A stretch of DNA of 64,000 nucleotides, from contig JBDSZL010000038.1 of assembly GCA_039925145.1 (NCBI GenBank), positions 53,181 to 117,180 of the forward strand. The letters are read 5' to 3'. Positions 57,376-64,000 of this stretch are shown piece by piece. A program made the translations under genes and the position numbers. The notes beneath the pieces were generated by a model that saw only the letters and a program-made list of their open reading frames with translations, did not search any database and had not been told where the DNA came from. How positions within the stretch are numbered: position 1 is the stretch's first letter; each line of letters opens with the position of its first letter. Source of the stretch: Vicinamibacterales bacterium (GTDB taxonomy: Bacteria; Acidobacteriota; Vicinamibacteria; Vicinamibacterales; SCN-69-37).

Positions 57376-59922
57376 ATGATCCGGCCAAAGTCGCTCGCCA
57401 GTCTCCTTCTGTTCTCATGGCTGTTGTGCATCGCCGGCTGCGGTGGCTCGCGCCACCTCGACGGTCCGCTTGCACCTGCCGACGCGAACGGCGACGGCCG
57501 CATCACCGTCGGCGAGCTCGACGATGCGCTTGCCGATCGGCTGGAGGAGCCGGGTGGACGCGCGGCGGAGGGCGGCAGGGCAGGGGCGCTGGTGCTCGAG
57601 TGCGATCGATCGCCACGAGACTCCGTCATCAACACAGATGCCGAACGGCTGTGTATCGAGGCACACCCGCTGTGGGGAGCGCCCGCGTTACGCGTGCGTG
57701 ATGTGCTGGCCCAGCGCCGTGTGGTGCCCCGAGCGGGCCGCATGTGGGTGCTCGGTCTCGACCTCGCGCTCGTACTCGCCGCGCCCTGGGTGGCGGGGCG
57801 CGTTGTCAACGGTGCGGGCTGGCGGTTCAGGCGGCGGACAAAAGGGGCGTGGTTCAGGATTCCAGCCGGGTGGCAATGGCTACTCTGCGGTGTCAGCGGA
57901 GCGATTCTTGGCGGCATCGCGACGGTGATCCTGCTGGTCGTGAGTCTGGGCCTGCCGTGGAGCTGGGATGGTCGAGCCGCTGCGTTCCTGACACTGTCGG
58001 CCCGTTCCGTGATTGCGTTCGTCGTGATTGGAGCCGGCGCCGCACTGGCGCGAGGCGTGAAGATCGCGGGAGACTCGACGCGGATCCTGCGCCTCGAAGT
58101 CTCAACGCCGGGTCCGGCGCAGTCGGCTCGGGCGGCGAGCGCCCCAGCCCAGGTCGAGCATCCGCGTCGACCCGTTCCCAAGAACATCCTGATCTGCTGC
58201 GACGGCACAGGCAATCGAGCCGAGGCGATGGAAGGCACGGTCCGCGTGGTGTCGAACGTGCGACGCTTCTACGAGTTCGCGACGTCCAGCGCCGACTCGC
58301 GATGGCATCAGGAGAAGTGGTACGACGACGGCGTCGGAACCGGCACGTCGGGCGAGAGCAAACGAATTGGCCTGCTGGCGCGCCTCCTCAGCTGGATTGG
58401 CCAGAACACACCAGTGCGCGTCGTGAGTGTGCTCGAGAAGCTGCGGATGGTCTACGAGCTCGGCTTCGGCATCGGGATCACTGAGAACATCTCGCAGGCG
58501 TATCGGCAGATCGTCCGCATGTACGAGCCCGGCGATCGTATTTTTCTCGTGGGGTTCTCGCGGGGTGCCTACACGGCCCGATGCGTGGCCGATGTCATCG
58601 ACGACGTCGGGCTGCTCAAGGCGGAGCACATCAGGTTTGCGCCCGATGTCGTGCAGTTCTATCGGTATCGCACCGGCACGGACCAGCATGTGGCGTTGCG
58701 GCCAGAGCTGTTGCACGAGAACGTGCAGATCGAGTTTCTCGGTCTGTGGGACACCGTGGCGTCGCTCGGCGTGCCGCTCTGGGGCTGGTCGTTCTCGGTC
58801 GGCGGGCTCTGGAGCAACGAGGGCTTCGGCGTGACCGATATCACCAACTGCAAGGTGGTTCGGCATGCCCTCTCGATGGACGAGGAGCGCTCGCAGTTCT
58901 TTCCGACGCTCTTCGATGAAAGCTCCGTGTCGACGCGGGGTGGGGACATTCAGCAGCGATGGTTCAGAGGGTCGCACTCGGGGGTGGGCGGAGGCTACGT
59001 GGACAGTTCGCTCTCCGATATCTCGCTCCAGTGGATGATGCAGGAAGCCACGGCGCACCATCTCCTGGTCGACGGCGGCTGGCAGCAGACGCTGCATCCG
59101 AACGATCTCGGGGCGGTCATCACTCAAATCGAGCGCCAGCGCGCGTGGCGGCTGAGCGGCGCGTGGCCTCGCTGGCATCCCTGTGACACCGCTGACGCCA
59201 GGCGCAGCGAGGGGTTTGGCGTGCTCGACGGGTCGGTCGTCCTTCGCAGCGCGCATGCCGCTTCTCTGCGTGCGGAGCACGCGCCCGTGGGAAGCGACGA
59301 GCTCTTCACGCTGTCGATCGGGGAGCGCGCGACCGTGGCGATTCGCGCGGATCAGGGATGGCAGCGATCGGGTGTGGTCATGGAACGCGGCGGACGCTAT
59401 CGCGTGAGATACGTCGGCGGCCTGTGGCGCGACCGCGAAGGCGCCTTCTGCGGTCCGGCCGGTCAGGACGCGACAGGACGCGACATCCGTCGCGGCCTGA
59501 ATTGGGGCAAACGCTATGTGCCTGGTCGGTGGATGGAGCTCGTCGGTCACGTGGCGCATCCCCGGGTGTGGCCGGCTCGCGAGTTGCCGGCGTCACGTCT
59601 ACTGAAGTATCTGGTCGTGCGTGAGCCACACGAGCTCACGGCCAGCCTGATTCCGCTGGGGCATCACCTCGAGACCGATGAGCGTGGCGTCGACGTGGTG
59701 ATGAGCGCGCCTGCTGGCGTGTTCTACGCATTTGCGAACGACTGGTGGCTGTTCTACGACAACAACAGCGGCAGCATTGTGGTGGAGATAGAGCGGGTGT
59801 GTGAGACATCAGCGCAAACGCCCTGCTACGTTGTCAGCGAAGACGGAACGGTGACGAGGCTGCCGTCTGTCGTGTCCGCGCCTGGCAGCGAGAGTCACGC
59901 GCCAGGAACATCCCAGCTCTGA
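57376..59922 (+). CDS. Multidomain membrane protein: lipoprotein signal, EF-hand, 3 TM helices, DUF2235 (Tle1-like alpha/beta hydrolase) and a LecA/PA-IL-like C-terminal domain
   Basis: Lipobox IAGC and EF loop DANGDGRITVGE (57481..57516). DUF2235 motifs are CCDGTGN (58195..58215), GVGTG, GFSRG (58561..58575), WDTV and HSGVGGGY. The C-terminus ..FANDWWLFYDNNSGSIVVEI resembles a LecA-type lectin. ATG 57376 (GGGAG 10 nt upstream) is preferred over GTG 57343. Confidence 0.8.
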   Translation: MIRPKSLASLLLFSWLLCIAGCGGSRHLDGPLAPADANGDGRITVGELDDALADRLEEPGGRAAEGGRAGALVLECDRSPRDSVINTDAERLCIEAHPLWGAPALRVRDVLAQRRVVPRAGRMWVLGLDLALVLAAPWVAGRVVNGAGWRFRRRTKGAWFRIPAGWQWLLCGVSGAILGGIATVILLVVSLGLPWSWDGRAAAFLTLSARSVIAFVVIGAGAALARGVKIAGDSTRILRLEVSTPGPAQSARAASAPAQVEHPRRPVPKNILICCDGTGNRAEAMEGTVRVVSNVRRFYEFATSSADSRWHQEKWYDDGVGTGTSGESKRIGLLARLLSWIGQNTPVRVVSVLEKLRMVYELGFGIGITENISQAYRQIVRMYEPGDRIFLVGFSRGAYTARCVADVIDDVGLLKAEHIRFAPDVVQFYRYRTGTDQHVALRPELLHENVQIEFLGLWDTVASLGVPLWGWSFSVGGLWSNEGFGVTDITNCKVVRHALSMDEERSQFFPTLFDESSVSTRGGDIQQRWFRGSHSGVGGGYVDSSLSDISLQWMMQEATAHHLLVDGGWQQTLHPNDLGAVITQIERQRAWRLSGAWPRWHPCDTADARRSEGFGVLDGSVVLRSAHAASLRAEHAPVGSDELFTLSIGERATVAIRADQGWQRSGVVMERGGRYRVRYVGGLWRDREGAFCGPAGQDATGRDIRRGLNWGKRYVPGRWMELVGHVAHPRVWPARELPASRLLKYLVVREPHELTASLIPLGHHLETDERGVDVVMSAPAGVFYAFANDWWLFYDNNSGSIVVEIERVCETSAQTPCYVVSEDGTVTRLPSVVSAPGSESHAPGTSQL

Positions 59923-59943
59923 CTGCCAACGACCGGCGAGCGT

Positions 59944-59973
59944 GTGACAGTCTGTGTGCTGCCGCAGTACACT
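59944..59973 (+). promoter_or_regulatory. Candidate sigma70-type promoter GTGACA-18 nt-TACACT for the VWFA-related gene
   Basis: 5/6 match at -35 and a TAnnnT -10. An AAGGGG SD lies 6 nt before ATG 60003. Confidence 0.35.
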
Positions 59974-60002
59974 GCCTGTGCCAGCTCGCAAAGGGGTCGT
60001 TG

Positions 60003-61778
60003 ATGAGAGTTCGTCTGCACGTCGTGCTCGGCTCGATCGCGCTTGGCGTTGCGGTAGTGTGCTCAACGCTGCTGGCCCAGGCCCCCACTCCGGTCCCCGC
60101 CAACCAGCCCGCATCTGGTGCCGCTCCCGGCCAGGAGACTCCGGCGTTTCGCGCGGGAACGACGCTCGTCCCATTGGACGTCCGCGTGCTCGACAGCAAG
60201 GGCCGTCCGATTACCGATCTCACGCAGAGTGATTTCAGGGTGTTCGAGAATGGCGCGCCTCAGGAGGTTCGGCACTTCTCGGTGCAGGAGCTCAAGGCTG
60301 AGCCTGCCTTGAAGGACGCGCCGCTCCGGCGCGCCGATAGCCCGTCTGTGCTTGCGCCGCAGAACTTCCGTGTGTTTCTGATTTACCTGGGTCGGGGCGA
60401 CGTCAATGGCCCGGCCGGCGGCGTGGATGGGATCATCCATTTCGTGCGCGATCGGCTGTTGCCTCAGGACCGGGTCGCCATCTTCGCCTGGAATCGTTCG
60501 ACCGATCTCACGACGGACCGCGCGAGCACGCTCGCGGTGCTCGAGCGTTTCAAACAGCAATACCGTGGCGTCGAACGACAGCTGTCGGAGTACTTCAAGT
60601 CGCCCGCGTGGTTTTATGGCAGCCGCCAGGTCCCTGCGTGGGCCCAGAAGAGCATCGACAACGTATTCCACGGGCCTGAAGGGGCGGCCACCCGCACGTT
60701 GAGCACGGGCGCGTTGCCGCAGGCGACGCAGATGGAGAGGGACGTGCGCGATCAGTACGACCTCTTCAACGCCTCCCCAAGCGACAGCTTCGCGCAAGCC
60801 AGGCTCGAGACGATGGGCCTGAGCCTCGAAGAGTTCGCGTCCGAGACGGCTCAGACGATGCAGGATCAGAGCAACCTGTACGCGGCGATCGAATATCTGC
60901 GGCACGTGGACGGCGAGAAGCATCTGGTCTACGTGGCCGAATACGGACTGCAATTGTCCCGGTGGGAGTTCGACAGGAATCTGGGCCGTGCCGCGGCAGA
61001 CGCGCGCGTCGTGCTCGACGTCCTGCGCACCGGCGGCACCGTCTTCGTGGGCGCGGGGGCGGCCGAGCAACGGACGCCGTCACGCGGCCTGGGGCCTGCA
61101 GCGATACGAAGCATGCAGCCCGCAGCGACTTCCCGTCTGATCGCGGAGCTGACAGGCGGCCGGTCGGACGCGAATCGCATGTCTGCGGCCAAGTCGACCG
61201 ATCTGATTGACGACTCGAGCCGCTTCTACTATCTGCTCGGCTATTACCCGGCGAACCAGCGGTGGGACGGCCGGTTCCGTCAAGTGACCGTGGCGGTCAA
61301 CCGCCCTGGCGCGACGGTCATGTATCGGCACGGCTATTACGCCAGTGAGCCCGCGTCGCGTATCGATCGGCAGAGCGTCATGACGTACGGACGCATGATG
61401 AGTGCCGCGACGACCGCCATTGAGATTCCAGATATTCGCATCACGGGCGGTGCATCCCTGTCGTCGGCCGGCGCGGTCGCATTGAATGTCACCCTCGATA
61501 TCTCCCGCATCCACTTCGAATCGGCCGCGGGCAGCCGGACGGCTTCGGTCGAAGTCGCGGCCTTCTGCATCGACGATCATCAGCGTCCGCTGGGCGAAGC
61601 GCACCACACCGTGAGCCTGACGTTTACCGATGCGCGATACGCCGATGTTCTGAAGTCAGGCGCTCCGGTCGCGTTCACGATTCCTGTCACAGGGGTGCCA
61701 GAGGCAGTAAAGGTGGTGGTCTACGACTACCGCGCGGACCTCACAGGCAGCGTCAATCTCAAGCTGCCGAAGCGCTAA
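60003..61778 (+). CDS. Secreted VWFA-related Acidobacterial-domain protein (TIGR03436-like)
   Basis: Signal peptide, then the family-typical F(R)AGTTLVPLDVRVLDSKGRPITDLTQSDFRVFENGAPQEVRHF and ..YYLLGYYPAN...GRFRQVTVAVNRPGATVMYRHGYYA. Confidence 0.8.
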   Translation: MRVRLHVVLGSIALGVAVVCSTLLAQAPTPVPANQPASGAAPGQETPAFRAGTTLVPLDVRVLDSKGRPITDLTQSDFRVFENGAPQEVRHFSVQELKAEPALKDAPLRRADSPSVLAPQNFRVFLIYLGRGDVNGPAGGVDGIIHFVRDRLLPQDRVAIFAWNRSTDLTTDRASTLAVLERFKQQYRGVERQLSEYFKSPAWFYGSRQVPAWAQKSIDNVFHGPEGAATRTLSTGALPQATQMERDVRDQYDLFNASPSDSFAQARLETMGLSLEEFASETAQTMQDQSNLYAAIEYLRHVDGEKHLVYVAEYGLQLSRWEFDRNLGRAAADARVVLDVLRTGGTVFVGAGAAEQRTPSRGLGPAAIRSMQPAATSRLIAELTGGRSDANRMSAAKSTDLIDDSSRFYYLLGYYPANQRWDGRFRQVTVAVNRPGATVMYRHGYYASEPASRIDRQSVMTYGRMMSAATTAIEIPDIRITGGASLSSAGAVALNVTLDISRIHFESAAGSRTASVEVAAFCIDDHQRPLGEAHHTVSLTFTDARYADVLKSGAPVAFTIPVTGVPEAVKVVVYDYRADLTGSVNLKLPKR

Positions 61779-61866
61779 GGCGGCGACGGTCGTGACGCCA
61801 CGCAGGAGTCCCGATCGCGGCTCGGACGGAGTGCGACAGGTCAGGCCCGGCGGCACGAGCTCGGCC

Positions 61867-61872
61867 TATACT
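61867..61872 (+). promoter_or_regulatory. Candidate -10 box TATACT, 7 nt upstream of the NIPSNAP ATG (leaderless geometry)
   Basis: TATACT-gactacg-ATG. Confidence 0.4.
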
Positions 61873-61879
61873 GACTACG

Positions 61880-62704
61880 ATGAACCGACGTGAGTTCGTC
61901 ACGCGCCTGGCGACCGCGAGTGCATGCCTCGCGGCAGGCGTATCGACGTCAGCCGACGCGGAGGGCCGCGCCACGACCGGTCTCCAGGAGAAACCCGTGC
62001 AGTTCTTTGAGTTGCGCCGCTACCTGCTGCGGCGCGGTCCTCACCAGGGGATCATCGACGAGTACATGCGGTCTGCCCTGATTCCTGCGATTCAACGCGC
62101 GGGTGGTGGTCCGGTGGGTGCCTTCAACGTGATGATCGGCGCAGAGAGTCCGACGCTTCACGTGCTGATCGTGCACAAGACCCTCGACGGCTTTGCCTCG
62201 CTGCCCGACAAGCTGGCCGCCGACACAGCGTATCGTCAGGCCGGCGCGGCGTATCTGAATGCTGCCGCCACCGACGCGGCCTTTATCCGCATCGAGTCCT
62301 CGCTCATGCGTGCGTTCTCTGGCATGCCATCGCTGGAACTGCCGTTCGGCGGCGGGGAGGCGGGACGGCGCGCGCGTATCTTCGAACTGCGCACGTACGA
62401 AAGTCACAGTGAGGAAGCGTCGAAGAAGAAGATCGAGATGTTCAACAGCGCCGAAATCGCGATCTTCCGGCGCGCGGGCATGATGCCGGTATTCTTTGGA
62501 GAGACGCTCGTGGGGCCCAGACTGCCCAATCTCACGTACATGCTCGTATACGAGGACATGGCCGCGCACGACAAACAGTGGAGCGCGTTCTCAGCGGATC
62601 CGGAATGGCGCAAGTTGTCGACCACCCCCGGTCTCACCGATCCCGACATCGTCACCAACATCAGCAACAGCTACCTGCGTCCGACGGCGTACTCCCAGGT
62701 CTAA
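61880..62704 (+). CDS. Tandem NIPSNAP-domain protein with a twin-arginine (Tat) signal peptide
   Basis: MNRREFVTRLATASACLAAGVSTSADA (Tat-type RRxFV). Two NIPSNAP-like repeats start FFELRRY.. and IFELRTYESH... Confidence 0.8.
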   Translation: MNRREFVTRLATASACLAAGVSTSADAEGRATTGLQEKPVQFFELRRYLLRRGPHQGIIDEYMRSALIPAIQRAGGGPVGAFNVMIGAESPTLHVLIVHKTLDGFASLPDKLAADTAYRQAGAAYLNAAATDAAFIRIESSLMRAFSGMPSLELPFGGGEAGRRARIFELRTYESHSEEASKKKIEMFNSAEIAIFRRAGMMPVFFGETLVGPRLPNLTYMLVYEDMAAHDKQWSAFSADPEWRKLSTTPGLTDPDIVTNISNSYLRPTAYSQV

Positions 62705-62726
62705 GCCGGACCGCCCCACGTCCGGC
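62705..62726. terminator. 7-bp GC hairpin between convergent genes (candidate bidirectional terminator)
   Basis: GCCGGAC-8 nt loop-GTCCGGC fills the 27-nt gap between the NIPSNAP stop (62704) and the M23 stop (62732). It is followed by GTCTCTC on the plus strand. Confidence 0.45.
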
Positions 62727-62731
62727 GTCTC

Positions 62732-64000
62732 TCAAGGCCGCAACTTCCTCAGCACGCGATCCTGAATCCAGTGTGAATCCCACCACTCCACGGGATTCAC
62801 CATCTGGCCGTTGACGAGCATCGTGAAGTGCAGATGATCGCCGCCGGCCATACCCGTCATCCCACTCTTGCCAAGTGGTTGGGCCTTCTCGACCATGTCA
62901 CCAACCTTGACGCTGAACGACGACAGATGGGCATACAGGGACTGGACGCCCATGCCGTGATCGACGATCACGCAGTTGCCGTAGATTCCGAGTTCTTGTG
63001 CGAAGAGCACCTTGCCACGGTTGGAGGCTACGACCGGTGTGTTGGCGTAGGAGGCGAGATCGAAGCCCAGGTGCACCTGATGATCGACCTCACGTTCCTG
63101 GTAGATGTAGGTGCGCTGATCGGCAAACGCCGACTCGGTCGCCGAGTTCGTGAAGGGGAAGAACACGTCGCCCTTCCAGAGCATCTCGTGCGCGGTCTCG
63201 GCCGAGACGCTCCGGATCCTCTCCGCGTTCTTGCGCCGAAGCTCACCATTGAGGACCAGGTACTTGTCGAGCAACGAACCCTCGGGCGTGACTTCCTTGG
63301 TGCCCGCCATGATGGCCGGCACCACCCGCTCCAGAAATGCATCGTCGAGCTCGATGCGGCTCTTCTTGAACGGCTTCGGAAAGGTGCGGTAATCGAAGGT
63401 CGCTCGACCCACGTTGCCGGCCGTGTCGCGGGCGAACAGCGCGATCGGTGTATCGAGTGGCTGGTCGTAGCGGAGCGCGAAGAACGCGATGCGAAGAGCC
63501 GGATCTCCGAGCGCCGCGCCAGGTAGGTCTGCGCCTGACGCCGGGTAGCCCGGGTACTCGAACTCTCCGACTTTGACCCCCGACTGGACATCGGGCGGCG
63601 ACACGCGGTACACGACCATCTCCGAGCCGCCAACATTGACGTAGTGGTAGGTCGACGCGACCGAGACGCGTGGCGGATCGAGCCGGACCTGCACGTCGCG
63701 CGTGGCTTGGGCGCTGGCCGATCGCAGGCCCATCAAGGTCGGGCGCGACGCGGAAATCACAATCCGGGCCGGCCCCTGCACGATCCCGGGAATGCTTTGG
63801 CGTCCCACAGGCCGCGTGATGCGTAACCGGTCCGGGCCATCGGGAGTCACCGTCACCCCGCTGCGGCTCGTGTCACCGCCCAGGGAGTACAACTCAGTAC
63901 TGCTGCCGTTCTGTTCGAAGGCGATGCGCATCGCCGAGAGGCGTCCGGCGGGTGTGCCCATCACAACCTCGAGCTGCGAGTCGGTGCCGACGACCTGCTG
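62732..64000 (-). CDS. M23-family metallopeptidase; the 5' end probably lies outside the window
   Basis: C-terminal LytM motifs (HLGFDLAS.., VIVDHGMGVQSLYAHLS, GDHLHFTMLVNG). The reading frame stays open upstream of the listed start (63964) to nt 64000. Confidence 0.85.
   Translation of the reverse strand, partial: QQVVGTDSQLEVVMGTPAGRLSAMRIAFEQNGSSTELYSLGGDTSRSGVTVTPDGPDRLRITRPVGRQSIPGIVQGPARIVISASRPTLMGLRSASAQATRDVQVRLDPPRVSVASTYHYVNVGGSEMVVYRVSPPDVQSGVKVGEFEYPGYPASGADLPGAALGDPALRIAFFALRYDQPLDTPIALFARDTAGNVGRATFDYRTFPKPFKKSRIELDDAFLERVVPAIMAGTKEVTPEGSLLDKYLVLNGELRRKNAERIRSVSAETAHEMLWKGDVFFPFTNSATESAFADQRTYIYQEREVDHQVHLGFDLASYANTPVVASNRGKVLFAQELGIYGNCVIVDHGMGVQSLYAHLSSFSVKVGDMVEKAQPLGKSGMTGMAGGDHLHFTMLVNGQMVNPVEWWDSHWIQDRVLRKLRP

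Noticed and set aside
57343-59922. Interpreting the DUF2235 protein as a T6SS Tle1-type secreted antibacterial effector.
   Set aside because: No Hcp, VgrG, PAAR, Tli-type immunity gene or T6SS core gene is in the window. The protein also carries its own lipobox and three TM helices, which does not fit a T6SS cargo.
1-64000. Mobile elements, a genomic island, a CRISPR array or defence systems.
   Set aside because: I saw no transposase, integrase, recombinase, phage or restriction-modification-like ORFs, and no spaced direct repeats. I noticed no obvious compositional break by eye. Gene content is core housekeeping with conserved micro-synteny (leuS-lptE-holA, recX-alaS, carA-carB, yceD-rpmF-plsX).

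Overview
This is a GC-rich bacterial chromosomal segment (roughly two-thirds G+C by eye, not computed). It is densely packed on both strands with about 50 protein genes, almost all core housekeeping. All family calls come from reading the supplied translations and recognising motifs. No BLAST or HMM search was possible.

Gene order, left to right:
- ubiE (3' part), a tonB-like gene, miaA, deoB and a dGTPase-like gene.
- The yceD-rpmF-plsX-fabG-acpP-fabF lipid cluster, which lacks fabH and fabD.
- etfB-etfA, then a 1459-aa Lhr helicase on the minus strand.
- An apparent ETF-QO / DUF374 / HDAC-like operon.
- leuS-lptE-holA, then rpsT and an S4/Hsp15-like gene.
- alaS-recX-pilT-ilvE.
- A soluble Ser/Thr kinase divergent from rsmE.
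- The heat-shock operon hrcA-grpE-dnaJ-prmA, with a near-perfect CIRCE operator and no dnaK.
- A class A PBP, an argininosuccinate-lyase-family paralog and an amylo-alpha-1,6-glucosidase-type glycogen debranching enzyme.
- A decayed treZ remnant and bshC.
- A membrane pseudokinase with two PEGA domains.
- carA-carB, arfB, comEC, mazG, an MBL-fold hydrolase, ribF, a 91-aa orphan and cysS.
- A large EF-hand/TM/DUF2235/lectin-like protein.
- An Acidobacteria-type VWFA-related protein, a Tat-signal NIPSNAP protein and an M23 peptidase (5' end outside the window).

I saw no rRNA, tRNA, CRISPR array, transposase, integrase or prophage signal. The Acidobacteria-type VWFA protein, PEGA kinase, bshC and the GC content suggest an Acidobacteriota-like origin; this is inference only.

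I do not see a convincing multi-gene novel system. This is an ordinary core region. The items most worth a second look are:
- (1) The unusual five-module membrane DUF2235 protein at 57376..59922.
- (2) A recurrent geometry in which -10 boxes of the form (TGn)TAnnnT sit 6-7 nt upstream of start codons, implying widespread leaderless mRNAs. This includes a perfectly palindromic shared box between mazG and the MBL gene, and a shared AT box in the 24-bp kinase/rsmE spacer.
- (3) A triply damaged treZ pseudogene abutting bshC.
- (4) A kinase-dead PEGA pseudokinase.
- (5) CIRCE only 4 nt from the hrcA start codon.

Many long Arg/Ala/Pro-rich ORFs in the six-frame track are antisense shadow ORFs of these genes and were rejected.
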